A stretch of DNA of 64,000 nucleotides from Minisyncoccia bacterium (lineage in GTDB: Bacteria > Patescibacteriota > Minisyncoccia > Phycocordibacterales > UBA918), in contig JBGSSW010000004.1 in assembly GCA_041736805.1 (NCBI GenBank), positions 51,843 through 115,842 of the forward strand, in the 5' to 3' direction. Each line of letters starts with the position of its first letter. Position 1 is the stretch's first letter. Made by a program: the position numbers and the translations under genes. Shown here piece by piece: positions 1 through 10,512 of the stretch. Under the pieces are notes generated by a model. That model did no database searches, was not told the DNA's origin, and worked only from the letters and a program-made list of their open reading frames with translations.

Positions 1-318
1 GGAATGGTCTTGCTATTTGAATACGAAATACTAAATCTTAGTGAACTCATCTCTGAACGTGAAATTCTTGGAGATTACAGTGTTTTAGATACTAATTTGG
101 AAAAATGGGAGGCACTTGTAAAAGAGGAAAAAGAGGTTAGTCGTCTGTATTTTGAATTAGTAAACGCGCAACGTCAAATCATTTCAATTTTGGCTGATGA
201 AGGAGAAAGTATATCGACGGTCGAAGAAATTCAGTCTGAAGTAGCAAGAATAAAAAGTGAAATGACAGTTGCTACTACCAAGACCTTTGAGTTAAGAGAA
301 AGCCTTATTTCATTATGA
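1..318 (+). CDS. Hypothetical coiled-coil protein, probably 5'-truncated by the window edge
   Basis: Frame is open from base 1; E/L/S-rich helical sequence; stop overlaps the next start (ATGA). Confidence 0.6.
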   Translation, partial: GMVLLFEYEILNLSELISEREILGDYSVLDTNLEKWEALVKEEKEVSRLYFELVNAQRQIISILADEGESISTVEEIQSEVARIKSEMTVATTKTFELRESLISL

Positions 319-1070
319 TGAGTTTAAGTGATATATGGAAAAAATTCATAGAGTCACGTCGATCTAAAAAAACGACTACTGTTAAATACATGTTCCCATT
401 ATTTATCGGGCTATTTGCTGTTCTAGGGGCATCAGTAATTTCAGGTAGCGATTCCTATATTAGATTGGAGTCTACGCAAACTGCTGTTATGGAGGGGGAA
501 AGATTTTCCATAAACATATACGCTTTTGCAAGTACTCCTGTCAATGCTATAGATTTAACTATTACGTTTGCAACTGATATGGTTGAAATTGTGAGTGTCG
601 ATAAAGGTCAATCAGTATTAAATATTTGGACACAAGAGCCAAAAATTGAGAATGGTAAAATTACTCTAGCCGGTGGGACTTTTAGACGAGGTTTTGTCGG
701 CGAGCATTTAGTGGCTACAATTAAGGCTAAAGCAAAGTCTAATGGGACTACTGAATTTACCGTGAACGGAGCACAACTTTTGGCTGGTGACGGCAAAGGT
801 ACTCCAGTTTCAGTTACCACTAGCAATGCTTCTTCCAAAACTAGCTTTTATATTTATAATCAAAATGAAGATCCAGATGTCATATCAGCTAAACTAGGTA
901 TTAGTATAGTTGCTGATATCGACGGTGATGGTAAGGTAACTTTAAGAGATATCAGTAAGTTTCTGTCAGCTTGGAATATTCATGATAAAACCTACGATTT
1001 TAACAAAGATGGAAAAATGAATTTTATTGACTTCTCTATTATTCTAGCCAAGTCTTTCTTAGATTTATAA
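315..1070 (+). CDS. Secreted or membrane-anchored cohesin-domain + dockerin-like (double EF-hand) protein
   Basis: Hydrophobic N-terminal segment; cohesin-like beta domain (PVNAIDLTITF...GKITLAGG...LLAGDGKGT); two Ca-binding loops DIDGDGKVTLRD and DFNKDGKMNFID. Confidence 0.75.
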   Translation: MMSLSDIWKKFIESRRSKKTTTVKYMFPLFIGLFAVLGASVISGSDSYIRLESTQTAVMEGERFSINIYAFASTPVNAIDLTITFATDMVEIVSVDKGQSVLNIWTQEPKIENGKITLAGGTFRRGFVGEHLVATIKAKAKSNGTTEFTVNGAQLLAGDGKGTPVSVTTSNASSKTSFYIYNQNEDPDVISAKLGISIVADIDGDGKVTLRDISKFLSAWNIHDKTYDFNKDGKMNFIDFSIILAKSFLDL

Positions 1071-1179
1071 CCCAACATAGTGCATATATCTGTTGATAAA
1101 CTGTTAATAATAGCTGTAAAAAGCTGTTATTATTGAAATGTGATGGGTTAATTTACTCCCCGCTACAAATGGCTGTCGC

Positions 1180-3141
1180 TTGATGAGTAAAATAATTCAA
1201 AAAAGAACTACAAAAAAGCGTAAAACTACGACTGTAGCTAATTTTAGTGTGAAAAAAATAAGTGTTGGGCAAGAGATAAAAAATTCTTTGTGGCTATATA
1301 ACTTTGTTTACTCTAGTAAGATTAGTCTTTGCGTAGTATTTTTGCTATTTGTCTCTTTCAGTCTTCAAAATGTAGATAGGGCTTTTGCTGCTGATGAAGA
1401 AAAATCAAACTCAGAAACACTAGTTGAAACAACAGTTTCAACTGAGATGGTTACTGATAATTTGCCAATTAATGAAAAGTCCTCACAAGCATTGGTAAAT
1501 GACTTAGTAAGAGAAGAACAACCCACAGAAACACAAGAAATACTTATCTCAGGAATTGCATCAAGTTCCAAAGCTAAGACAGAAAATAATTCTTTAGATA
1601 GTATAGCTTCGACGTCAATCTTGAATATAAGTTCTTCTACCGCTAATTTACTTAAAAGCACAAGCACTCAATTGTCTAATTCCCTTAATAATTCGAGCTC
1701 TAAAGTAAGTATTTCCTCAGACAATAAGTTCAATGATATAAATAACTTGTCGACCACGACAGTTTTAATAATTTCTGAAAGTAAAGTACCAGATGAACAA
1801 TTACCTGAGAATGATGACCTAAATGAAGTAATGAGTTTGGATAGTGGTCAAAATGATTTTCCTGAGAATCCTTCAGAACTTAGAAATGAACTGGACACAA
1901 ATATTATTGTCGACTCACAAGCACCCTCAACCACGGAGTCAGAGCTAGTTGTAGCAGATGAGGTTATTGAAGAAATACCACTAGAAGATTTAATTACCAA
2001 TAACGAGTCTGTTTCTGTCACAAATAGTGATAGTGAATTTTCGTTCAGTAAAAATGAATGTACCCAACTCGCAAGTGGATCTTTTTATTGTCGAACTCCA
2101 AACCCGAATCAACTTAAGGATGCTTTGTTTTCAGCTCCTGATGAAGATGGAGATTTAGAAATATTTATAGTTCGTGACGGACAACAAGTTCAGGTCACTA
2201 GCAATCAGATGGATGATGCAGCTCCATACTTTGATCAAAATTCAAATACGATTGTTTGGCACCGCTTAGTTGATGACAGATTCCAAATTATATCTTTTGA
2301 TGTGGAGAGTGGAGAAGAAACAAAAATAACAAATACTAGCGAGAACAATATGGAGCCAACTAGGCAAGGTGACTATACAGTTTGGCAGCGCTGGATTGAT
2401 GGTGGTTGGAATATAATTTTGTTCAATGGTAAAACCGAAACTCAAATAACTAAAAATACTGACAACAATGTTGCACCTTATATCCACGGCTCGCTTGTAG
2501 TTTGGAATAGTCGAGACCAAGCTGGAGATAAAACCATAGAAATGTATGACATTCAGAGCAAGGCTTATCTGACGGTAGATGATCCGGATGGGATGTCTGT
2601 ATCTAATCCACGCATGGTGTTTGTTTTTGACTCACTACATCCAAATGGTGATATCGTCACCCGCGGATATGATGTGATGGCCCACAAGTTCATTGACTTG
2701 GATTCTTTGCCACGTGAGCTCCCTGAAGAGTTACCTGAAAGTGATTCCACCGGAGAAACTCGAGCTTTAATTCAAAGTAAACCATCAGTCAAGTCTGAAG
2801 TTGAAGAATTAGTCACTAGCACCTCTACAAACAATGCTTTACCACCAAAATTACCTGATATGGCATCTAGTACAGGGCTAGGGACCCTTGATTTATCTAT
2901 AAGTCAGCCAATCACTGAAACTCTTGCAACTTCTTCAATTAACACTGTTTTGCAACCTCAATTACCTGATTTAGCTACAAGTACAGACTCACTAACCTTA
3001 GATTTATCCATAAATACCAATACTGTAATTAATACAGCTGAAGTAGCTGAAAGTATGATTGAGCAAAACCCTGTAGTTGAGCCTATGTTAGATCCGATAA
3101 ATTTATCTGAAGCGACTACGACTGAAACTGTGCAAGAGTAG
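1180..3141 (+). CDS. Surface protein: S/T/E-rich stalk + TolB-like beta-propeller + low-complexity tail
   Basis: TM near aa 48-62; repeated propeller-blade motifs (DGDLEIF, QVTSNQMDDAAP, KITNTSENNMEP, QITKNTDNNVAP). Confidence 0.65.
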   Translation: MMSKIIQKRTTKKRKTTTVANFSVKKISVGQEIKNSLWLYNFVYSSKISLCVVFLLFVSFSLQNVDRAFAADEEKSNSETLVETTVSTEMVTDNLPINEKSSQALVNDLVREEQPTETQEILISGIASSSKAKTENNSLDSIASTSILNISSSTANLLKSTSTQLSNSLNNSSSKVSISSDNKFNDINNLSTTTVLIISESKVPDEQLPENDDLNEVMSLDSGQNDFPENPSELRNELDTNIIVDSQAPSTTESELVVADEVIEEIPLEDLITNNESVSVTNSDSEFSFSKNECTQLASGSFYCRTPNPNQLKDALFSAPDEDGDLEIFIVRDGQQVQVTSNQMDDAAPYFDQNSNTIVWHRLVDDRFQIISFDVESGEETKITNTSENNMEPTRQGDYTVWQRWIDGGWNIILFNGKTETQITKNTDNNVAPYIHGSLVVWNSRDQAGDKTIEMYDIQSKAYLTVDDPDGMSVSNPRMVFVFDSLHPNGDIVTRGYDVMAHKFIDLDSLPRELPEELPESDSTGETRALIQSKPSVKSEVEELVTSTSTNNALPPKLPDMASSTGLGTLDLSISQPITETLATSSINTVLQPQLPDLATSTDSLTLDLSINTNTVINTAEVAESMIEQNPVVEPMLDPINLSEATTTETVQE

Positions 3142-3182
3142 GAATTTACTAATATTTTTCATGTAAAATAGAGTAAACTGGT

Positions 3183-6100
3183 ATGAAATTTCCGGGTATG
3201 TTTTGTATGCTTAAAAGACCTATCACGCTAACTTTAGTGTGGGCAATTTTTCTGCAGGTCTCAGGAGCGACTATAATTAGCGTTCTGCTTCTTACTCCAG
3301 AAAAAGCTGAAGCTGCTGCAAAAATAATAGAACCAACTCCAAGTACAAGTGCCGTCACCCATACACAGTCTGGAACTGGGATTGTGTTTGTGACACCAGA
3401 CGTTGGTTATAAGTTTCACGTCTTTGGTGCTGTTCCGGATTCAGGCAAGTGTGTATATCGTAAAACTACTGACGGTGGAATAAGCTGGGGGTCACAAGTA
3501 GTGGTTGACTCACAGACAGACTGTCAGGGGGTTTCAGTTTGGTATGATCGTTGGACCCCATCTGATACTGGAACAATAATTCATATTGCTACGTATGATA
3601 CAAGTGCAGACGAAATTTACTACAATAGTCTCGACACTACTTCTGATACTTTGCTGCTTGTCACTTCTACTAGTACTATGTTAAATCTTGTCACGGCATA
3701 CGCTGCTGGTACAAATAATGTTTCAATTACAAAAGCCACTAATGGAAACCTGTATATTAATATTGATGATGCTAATGGAACTTTTATTCGTACCTGTACA
3801 TCTACTTGCTCAATAGGTAGTAATTGGACCGCCGCTGGTACACCACCGCAGGGAAACGCCAATACCGCTAGCATCCTGATGCCTCTTTCAGGTGGGAGTG
3901 TTATGTTGGTAAACCGTAGTACCGGAGGAGTAGTGCGTTCCAGTATTTGGAATGGTGCTTCCTGGTCCGCATTTACTAATATTGATACTTCAGCAGTAGT
4001 AAACACGACCTATGATGTCGGTATGTCACTGACTCTTTCAACCAGTACAAATGATATCTACATGTCATATATTGCCGATAATAATGACTTTATCACTAGT
4101 GATCATGACTTAAGGACGGCTTTGTATAACGGCAGTAGTTGGTCGACATCTACAGCAGCAATACTGACTGATACTAGTGGTCGCGGACTACATCAGGTTA
4201 CAATGTCACGTGACGCAAGTACGGGTGATATTTATGCAGTTTACGCGGTACGGACAGATATTACTAATGCTGCCTCAGCCAATGTTTATTATGCTCGTTC
4301 GACCGACAACATGACTAGCTGGGAAAGTGAGGTAGGTCCAGTTAATACCGTCCCAGGAAATCTCTACGGTATCGACACTAACCCAATGTTTTACAGTAGA
4401 CTTTTTGTGGCTTGGTTTAATAATCTGGCTCTAGATGTCATCGGTGATAGTATTTTACCCACTCCTACCGATACTTTAGTTGCACTTGAACCTACGCCAC
4501 AAACCACCGCTTCAGGACATACGATAGCTGGAGCTGCAACTGTGTTTGTGACAGACCAAATTGGTTATCGTTTTCTACGTTTTGGGGCTGCTCCAGATAG
4601 CGGTAAATGTGTCTATCGTAAGACTCTGGACGGAGGTTTACACTGGAGTAGTCAGGTGGTGGTTGACGCACAGACTGACTGTTCGGGCTTGGCGGTTTGG
4701 TATGATAAATGGACACCGGGAGATACTGGCAGTTATATTCATATTGCGACCTACGATATAGGTAACGATGATATATTTTATAATCGCCTCGACACTGCTA
4801 ATGATTCATTGCTTCTAACTACTTCTACAACTACCATGCCGGCTACGGCCAGTGTTTTAGCAGTCGGAACAAACTATGTTGCCATCACTAAAGCAACTGA
4901 CGGAAAAGTATATGTAAATATTGATGATGCTAACGGTACGTTCTTACTTTCATGTGCAGCTACCTGTGATAATTCAAATAATTGGGCAGCTGTGGGTACT
5001 GCACCACAAGGAAATGCAGATAGCTGGAGTATCATGGCTCCATTATCAGGGGGAAACGTGATGCTTATTAACCGTTCGACTACCAATCAGATACGTTCTA
5101 GTATTTGGAATGGTTCAATTTGGTCTTCTTTTAATACAATCGACGCCGCTGCAGTCAGAAATACTGTTTACGACGTCGGTATGTCCGCTACTATAGATAT
5201 AAGCACCAATGACATTTATCTAGCATATGCCACAGACAATGATAATTTTACGACGGCAGACCACGATATAAAAACTGCTAAATATACTGGGGGAGCTTGG
5301 TCAGCTATGACTAATATCATAACTAATGACCCTGCCCGAGGTGTTCTTCAGGTAGCGATAGGGCGCGATCAAAATAATGGTGATATCTACACGGCCTATT
5401 CAATTCGTTCCCAAATTTCAACCACTACTTCCGCTAATGTCTTCTACTCACGATCAACTAATGGGATGACCAGTTGGGAAGCTGAAGAGGGCCCGATAGG
5501 ACGCGTTGAAGGTGATTATTATGGTTTGGATATGAATCCAATGTCATACGAAAGATTGTATGTTAGTTGGTTTGATAACGTGACTACGGTCAGAGACATT
5601 TATGGAAATACTCTGGCCGACATTGGACCCGATACAACCTTGAGCTCGCTAGGTACACAAAAAAGCGAGACTTTAGCTGGAGAAAATAACTTTTATGTCG
5701 GAGGTTCATTTATGTTAACGACCTTGGTGTCTAAAAACGTTAACACAATAATAATTGCTGAATCAGGGACAATTCAAGCTCGAAACAATATAAAAAATGT
5801 AAGTTTATATTACGACTTTGATACCTCGGCTCCCTATGACTGTGAAAGTGAGTCATATGGCGGAGGTGAAGCCCAGTTTGGGACAACTGTGGCAGGAGGT
5901 TTCTCTGGAGCTAACGGCGTCGCTTCATTTAGTACCTCTCCAGTCGGAATAACAGGAACAAAGAGTATGTGTATCTATCCTGTTTTCGATATCCAGTCCG
6001 GTGCCCAAGATGGAGACACGATTGAGATTTCCGTTCTAAACCCAGAGACCGACGTTTTGATTTCCGGAGTGTTTGAAGTATTTCCAGCTACTGAAGTAAG

Positions 6101-9100
6101 TATTCCTGGTACCACGACCATCGTTGATCCTCAGCTAACTCAGTCCGGTTTTCATTGGCGATTAGATAATGGCTCAGAAATAACAGCTTCATCTGCGACG
6201 GCGGGAGTTGAAAACACCAATTTAACAGCTTTGAAGATAGGAATTCCAAGGCGAGTTCGTCTCGATGTTTCGAATCAAGGTTCCACCACCTCTGTACCAG
6301 CCGCTTTTAGACTTGAGTACGGTGAAGCTGCTCCAACTTGTAACGATACAAGTTCCTGGAGTGTTGTCGGTGAACCAAGTTCAGACTGGATTATGTATGA
6401 CTCAAGTAATTTAACTGATGGTACAGACACAACTAATATTCTAGTTGCAAATGGAGGTGTAACTGACCTTGGAACGAACTTTATAGGTAGTAATGGGGGA
6501 GTCAGAGACGTAAATAATACTTTCGGAACAACCACATTAGATATAGATGATTTCGTTGAGCTAGAGTACTCAATCATGGCTTCTTCTTCGGTGGTAGAAG
6601 GTTCAACTTACTGTTTTAGAGTTTCCAGAAATGGCATTCCACTTGGTTCATATTTGGAATTTCCAAGAGTGACAATCGCGGCTGATGTGTTGGTGCAGGG
6701 TTATGGTACCCAAATAGCCACTACATCAGTTTTAGCAACTAATGTATATGCTGGAGGAGGAATCAGAATTGTAGAAAATAGTAGCAATCGTGATGTAACA
6801 AGCGTAAAGCTTTCTGAGTTTGGAACCATAGACAGTGCTACCAGTATTAAGAATCTAAAATTATTCTACGACCTTGATACCTCTGGACCGTATGACTGTG
6901 CTAGTGAATCGTACAGTGGGGGAGAAGCTCAGTACGGCTCTACAGTTAGTGATGGATTTAATGGAGTCGGCGAAACGGCTTCATTTACAGATGCAGTAAA
7001 TATATCGACAACAGAAACCCTTTGCTTATATGTGGTCTATGACGTCGGTGATTTGGCTCAAAATGGTCAGACTTTAGATATTGGGGTTAATTCTGGGTCG
7101 TCAGATGTGACTGTTACGGGAGTTGCAAGTGTCGGACCTTCAGGACTGATTAGTATATCAGGAGAAACAATTATCGAAGGGGCTATTTTATCACAAATAA
7201 ATTATCACTGGAGAAGTGACAATGGTACCCAATTAACTGCCTCGTCTGCTACCGCTGGAGTTGAAAATACGCCAATTGTGGATTTTTCTCAAAATTCTCC
7301 AATTCGTTTAAGATTTGCAGTTACAAACACCGGTCTTGCTTCTTCAGTACCAGCTCGTTTTCAACTTGAGTACTCTCCTAAAATCACTACTTGTGATATG
7401 GCCACTGTTTGGACAGATGTGAACAGTACGCTTGACGGTTGGGATATGTATAACTCGTCATATTTAACTAATGGGGAAACAACAACAAATATTGCTGTTG
7501 CTAGTGGAGGAGTTTCAAATGGTTCGGGGACATTTATCTCTAGCAATGGTGGAGTAAGGGACACTGAGTCGCTTTCCGCTACTACTTCTATTCCAGTAGG
7601 AGATTATCTTGATGTCGAATACAGTATTACTTCAACTGATCTTACTTCTTACAGTACTACTTACTGCTTTAGAGTATCTTCAAATGTTTCATCTGCCTTT
7701 GGTTCATATGTTCAATATGCTGAAATTACCACTGCCGCTAAAAGAGATTTTAAGATTCAAAGAGGCTCAGTTCAAGTGAGTGGGACTTCGGCCACAGTGG
7801 TCGCTGGAGTCGACTATACAGCTCCGGCTAGTACTTCGCTAGCCTTTGTTAGAATCACTAATTCCCATCATACAGGAGCGGGAAATTCAACAGCCTCAAC
7901 AAATCAAAACAGTGACGATGTGACAGCCTATATCTCAAATCCAGGCAACATTGCTACTAACTTTACTATTTCTCGTCCTAGTTCGGCCACGAGTAATACT
8001 CGCGTTGATTGGGAAATAATTGAATTTATCGGCAATTCTGGCACAGATAATGAAATGATTGTGCGTGGAGTTGGAACGGTTTCTTATACAACTACGTCCC
8101 TAGTGGCAACGGGTACAGTTTTATCAAACATTAGTAATAATAGTAAAGTGGTAGTTTTTGTCACTGGGGCTAGTGATAGAAATACTTCACGTAATTACTA
8201 TGCCGGATTAGTAACTTCAGCCTGGGATACTAATACAAATTCACCTGTCTTTACTCGAGGAGCCAATGGTTCAAGTATCGCTGATATAAGCTACGCAGTG
8301 GTAGAGTTTGTTGGACCAAATTGGAATGTCCAAAGAGTAGAACATACTTACATAGCATCTGGTGTAACTGAGACAGAATCAATTACAGCTGTAAATAGTC
8401 TAGCAAAAACTTTCCTTCATACACAAAAAAGAATGGGAGCCACGACTAACGTTGTTCACTATGGACATCAAGTATGGTTATCAAGTATAGGGGCTGTTTC
8501 ATTTCAGTTGGAGACTGGAGCCAGTGTAGCAGTCGGACAGACTTCAGTAGCCTGGATAATTGAAAATATCCAAGGTGGAATTGGGGCCATGAATATTCAA
8601 AGGTCTAATGGTAATACGACTGGTGGGACAGGACCGTTATCACTTTCTGTAGTGCTCTCTACCCCACTTGTAGCAGTAAATAATACTTCCATCATGGCAA
8701 ATACCAGCGGGGCTGGAGTAAATACTAGTTATCCTAGACCGATGGCGGGTTTTACTATCACTAGTACTTCCACCTATCAAATTTGGCGTAGTAATACTGG
8801 AACAACTTTAACTTACAGAGTCGAGCTAGTGGAATGGCCAGTAGCAGACTTAGCTATTCGGCAGAATTACTATCGCTTCTACGTCGATAATAATTTGCTA
8901 ACCCCTACGGACCCTTGGCCAGCCGGAGTTATTGATCTTGGTGAAAATACCTCCATTACTACTGCTGATGAACCACTTGGTAGTGGAGAACATTTAAGGA
9001 TAAGAATGAGTTTAAGAACTTCAAATGCAGCCATGCCCGCTGGTTTACAAAACTTCAAACTCCAGTATGCCCTAAGAAGTACTACTTGTTCGGCTGTTTC

Positions 9101-10508
9101 CGGAGGTAGTTGGGCAGATGTTGGTCCCGCTAGTAGTGGTAGTGTTTGGAGAGGTTATGCTGCAACTGGAACAACAGACGGAACCTCGCTTTCTATTGAT
9201 CCACCAACTGGGGGGGGCTTGCTGATTTCAGTTTCTGATCGAGCAGGATCGTTAGTGGAGGAAAATCCTTCTGCCGTCAATCCATATCCTGTGGCTGAAG
9301 GTGACAATATTGAATACGATTGGCATTTAGAACAAAACGGAGCTAATCCACAAAGCACTTATTGCTTTAGGGTTGTAAGAAGTGATAGTACTCCACTAGA
9401 AGGCTATAGTAACTATCCTCAAATTAGAACTGCCGGCTTCACTCCACTTTCAAAAAATTGGCGTTGGTACGATGATGCAGAAAATGAAACCCCATCTACA
9501 GGACTTGCCCTTGAAAATGTGGCCCCAATTGATATTGCTAACACTGATACTTTAGCTCTGCGCGTTAGCGTAAAAGAAAACAAGAATGCCCAAGGCGATA
9601 ACATTAAATTTAAGTTACAGTTTTCTGAAGATGTAACTTTTTCTAATCCAATTGATGTTGCTGCAACAAGCAGCTGTCAAGACCAATCTTTTTGGTGCTA
9701 TGTTGAAGGAGGAGGTGTAGATAATAATTATATAACAACTCAACTCCTTTCTGACGGAGATGGTTGCGTATCTAGTGTTGGAGCTGGTTGTGGACGACAT
9801 AATACAATTCCAGACTCATTAACTACACACACACATTTCGGTAGTGACACACAAGAGTATAGTTTTATGATTCGCCACGTTGCTGCTAGAGTCAATGCGG
9901 TATATTACTTCCGCCTCTACGATATAACTAACGATTCACCTGTGTATGTAGCCGTAGGTGAAACTTATCCATCGTTAGTAACAGAAGGACCCTTATTACA
10001 GTTGTCTTTGGCAGGCCTACCAGCTGGTACTACTACTGCAGGAGTTATGACGGATATTTCTACTACACCTACAGGGATTAACTTTGGAAATTTAAACTTG
10101 AATATAGAATATATTGCTGCTCATAGAGTCTCTGTTGAAACCAATGCCACAGAAGGATATCAAGTTTTAAATTTTGCTAGACAACAATTATTGAATTCAA
10201 ATGGAATTTCTATCCCTTCAGTTAGCGGCACAAATTTAATTCCCCTTAGTTGGTCTACTGCTTGTAACGCATCTTCAACCGGATGTGTAGGTTACCATTC
10301 CACTGATCCTACTTTAAGCAATGGATCGACTCGTTTTGCAGCTACAGACACCTATGCTGCACTTGAAACTAACCCAGCAGAGGTGATGTATAGTTCAATT
10401 CCATCTTCCGATACTCATGATATAGTTTACAGAATAAAGGTAGGTGAATTACAGGCAGCTGGTGATTATGAAACGGAAATAGTTTATCTAGCTGTACCTT
10501 CTTTTTAA
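3183..10508 (+). CDS. Giant repetitive surface protein/adhesin (2441 aa): two Asp-box beta-propellers, repeated beta-sandwich modules, C-terminal WxL/pilin-like domain
   Basis: Signal peptide ending AEA; Asp-boxes KTTDGGISW, RSTDNMTSW, KTLDGGLHW, RSTNGMTSW; duplicated DTSxPYDCxSESYxGGEAQ; C-terminus AGDYETEIVYLAVPSF. Confidence 0.8.
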   Translation: MKFPGMFCMLKRPITLTLVWAIFLQVSGATIISVLLLTPEKAEAAAKIIEPTPSTSAVTHTQSGTGIVFVTPDVGYKFHVFGAVPDSGKCVYRKTTDGGISWGSQVVVDSQTDCQGVSVWYDRWTPSDTGTIIHIATYDTSADEIYYNSLDTTSDTLLLVTSTSTMLNLVTAYAAGTNNVSITKATNGNLYINIDDANGTFIRTCTSTCSIGSNWTAAGTPPQGNANTASILMPLSGGSVMLVNRSTGGVVRSSIWNGASWSAFTNIDTSAVVNTTYDVGMSLTLSTSTNDIYMSYIADNNDFITSDHDLRTALYNGSSWSTSTAAILTDTSGRGLHQVTMSRDASTGDIYAVYAVRTDITNAASANVYYARSTDNMTSWESEVGPVNTVPGNLYGIDTNPMFYSRLFVAWFNNLALDVIGDSILPTPTDTLVALEPTPQTTASGHTIAGAATVFVTDQIGYRFLRFGAAPDSGKCVYRKTLDGGLHWSSQVVVDAQTDCSGLAVWYDKWTPGDTGSYIHIATYDIGNDDIFYNRLDTANDSLLLTTSTTTMPATASVLAVGTNYVAITKATDGKVYVNIDDANGTFLLSCAATCDNSNNWAAVGTAPQGNADSWSIMAPLSGGNVMLINRSTTNQIRSSIWNGSIWSSFNTIDAAAVRNTVYDVGMSATIDISTNDIYLAYATDNDNFTTADHDIKTAKYTGGAWSAMTNIITNDPARGVLQVAIGRDQNNGDIYTAYSIRSQISTTTSANVFYSRSTNGMTSWEAEEGPIGRVEGDYYGLDMNPMSYERLYVSWFDNVTTVRDIYGNTLADIGPDTTLSSLGTQKSETLAGENNFYVGGSFMLTTLVSKNVNTIIIAESGTIQARNNIKNVSLYYDFDTSAPYDCESESYGGGEAQFGTTVAGGFSGANGVASFSTSPVGITGTKSMCIYPVFDIQSGAQDGDTIEISVLNPETDVLISGVFEVFPATEVSIPGTTTIVDPQLTQSGFHWRLDNGSEITASSATAGVENTNLTALKIGIPRRVRLDVSNQGSTTSVPAAFRLEYGEAAPTCNDTSSWSVVGEPSSDWIMYDSSNLTDGTDTTNILVANGGVTDLGTNFIGSNGGVRDVNNTFGTTTLDIDDFVELEYSIMASSSVVEGSTYCFRVSRNGIPLGSYLEFPRVTIAADVLVQGYGTQIATTSVLATNVYAGGGIRIVENSSNRDVTSVKLSEFGTIDSATSIKNLKLFYDLDTSGPYDCASESYSGGEAQYGSTVSDGFNGVGETASFTDAVNISTTETLCLYVVYDVGDLAQNGQTLDIGVNSGSSDVTVTGVASVGPSGLISISGETIIEGAILSQINYHWRSDNGTQLTASSATAGVENTPIVDFSQNSPIRLRFAVTNTGLASSVPARFQLEYSPKITTCDMATVWTDVNSTLDGWDMYNSSYLTNGETTTNIAVASGGVSNGSGTFISSNGGVRDTESLSATTSIPVGDYLDVEYSITSTDLTSYSTTYCFRVSSNVSSAFGSYVQYAEITTAAKRDFKIQRGSVQVSGTSATVVAGVDYTAPASTSLAFVRITNSHHTGAGNSTASTNQNSDDVTAYISNPGNIATNFTISRPSSATSNTRVDWEIIEFIGNSGTDNEMIVRGVGTVSYTTTSLVATGTVLSNISNNSKVVVFVTGASDRNTSRNYYAGLVTSAWDTNTNSPVFTRGANGSSIADISYAVVEFVGPNWNVQRVEHTYIASGVTETESITAVNSLAKTFLHTQKRMGATTNVVHYGHQVWLSSIGAVSFQLETGASVAVGQTSVAWIIENIQGGIGAMNIQRSNGNTTGGTGPLSLSVVLSTPLVAVNNTSIMANTSGAGVNTSYPRPMAGFTITSTSTYQIWRSNTGTTLTYRVELVEWPVADLAIRQNYYRFYVDNNLLTPTDPWPAGVIDLGENTSITTADEPLGSGEHLRIRMSLRTSNAAMPAGLQNFKLQYALRSTTCSAVSGGSWADVGPASSGSVWRGYAATGTTDGTSLSIDPPTGGGLLISVSDRAGSLVEENPSAVNPYPVAEGDNIEYDWHLEQNGANPQSTYCFRVVRSDSTPLEGYSNYPQIRTAGFTPLSKNWRWYDDAENETPSTGLALENVAPIDIANTDTLALRVSVKENKNAQGDNIKFKLQFSEDVTFSNPIDVAATSSCQDQSFWCYVEGGGVDNNYITTQLLSDGDGCVSSVGAGCGRHNTIPDSLTTHTHFGSDTQEYSFMIRHVAARVNAVYYFRLYDITNDSPVYVAVGETYPSLVTEGPLLQLSLAGLPAGTTTAGVMTDISTTPTGINFGNLNLNIEYIAAHRVSVETNATEGYQVLNFARQQLLNSNGISIPSVSGTNLIPLSWSTACNASSTGCVGYHSTDPTLSNGSTRFAATDTYAALETNPAEVMYSSIPSSDTHDIVYRIKVGELQAAGDYETEIVYLAVPSF

Positions 10509-10512
10509 AAAT

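Noticed and set aside
1085-1135. DnaA-box-like 9-mers (tgttgataa, tgttaataa) as oriC
   Set aside because: One to two mismatches in AT-rich DNA, a short intergenic, and no dnaA/dnaN nearby
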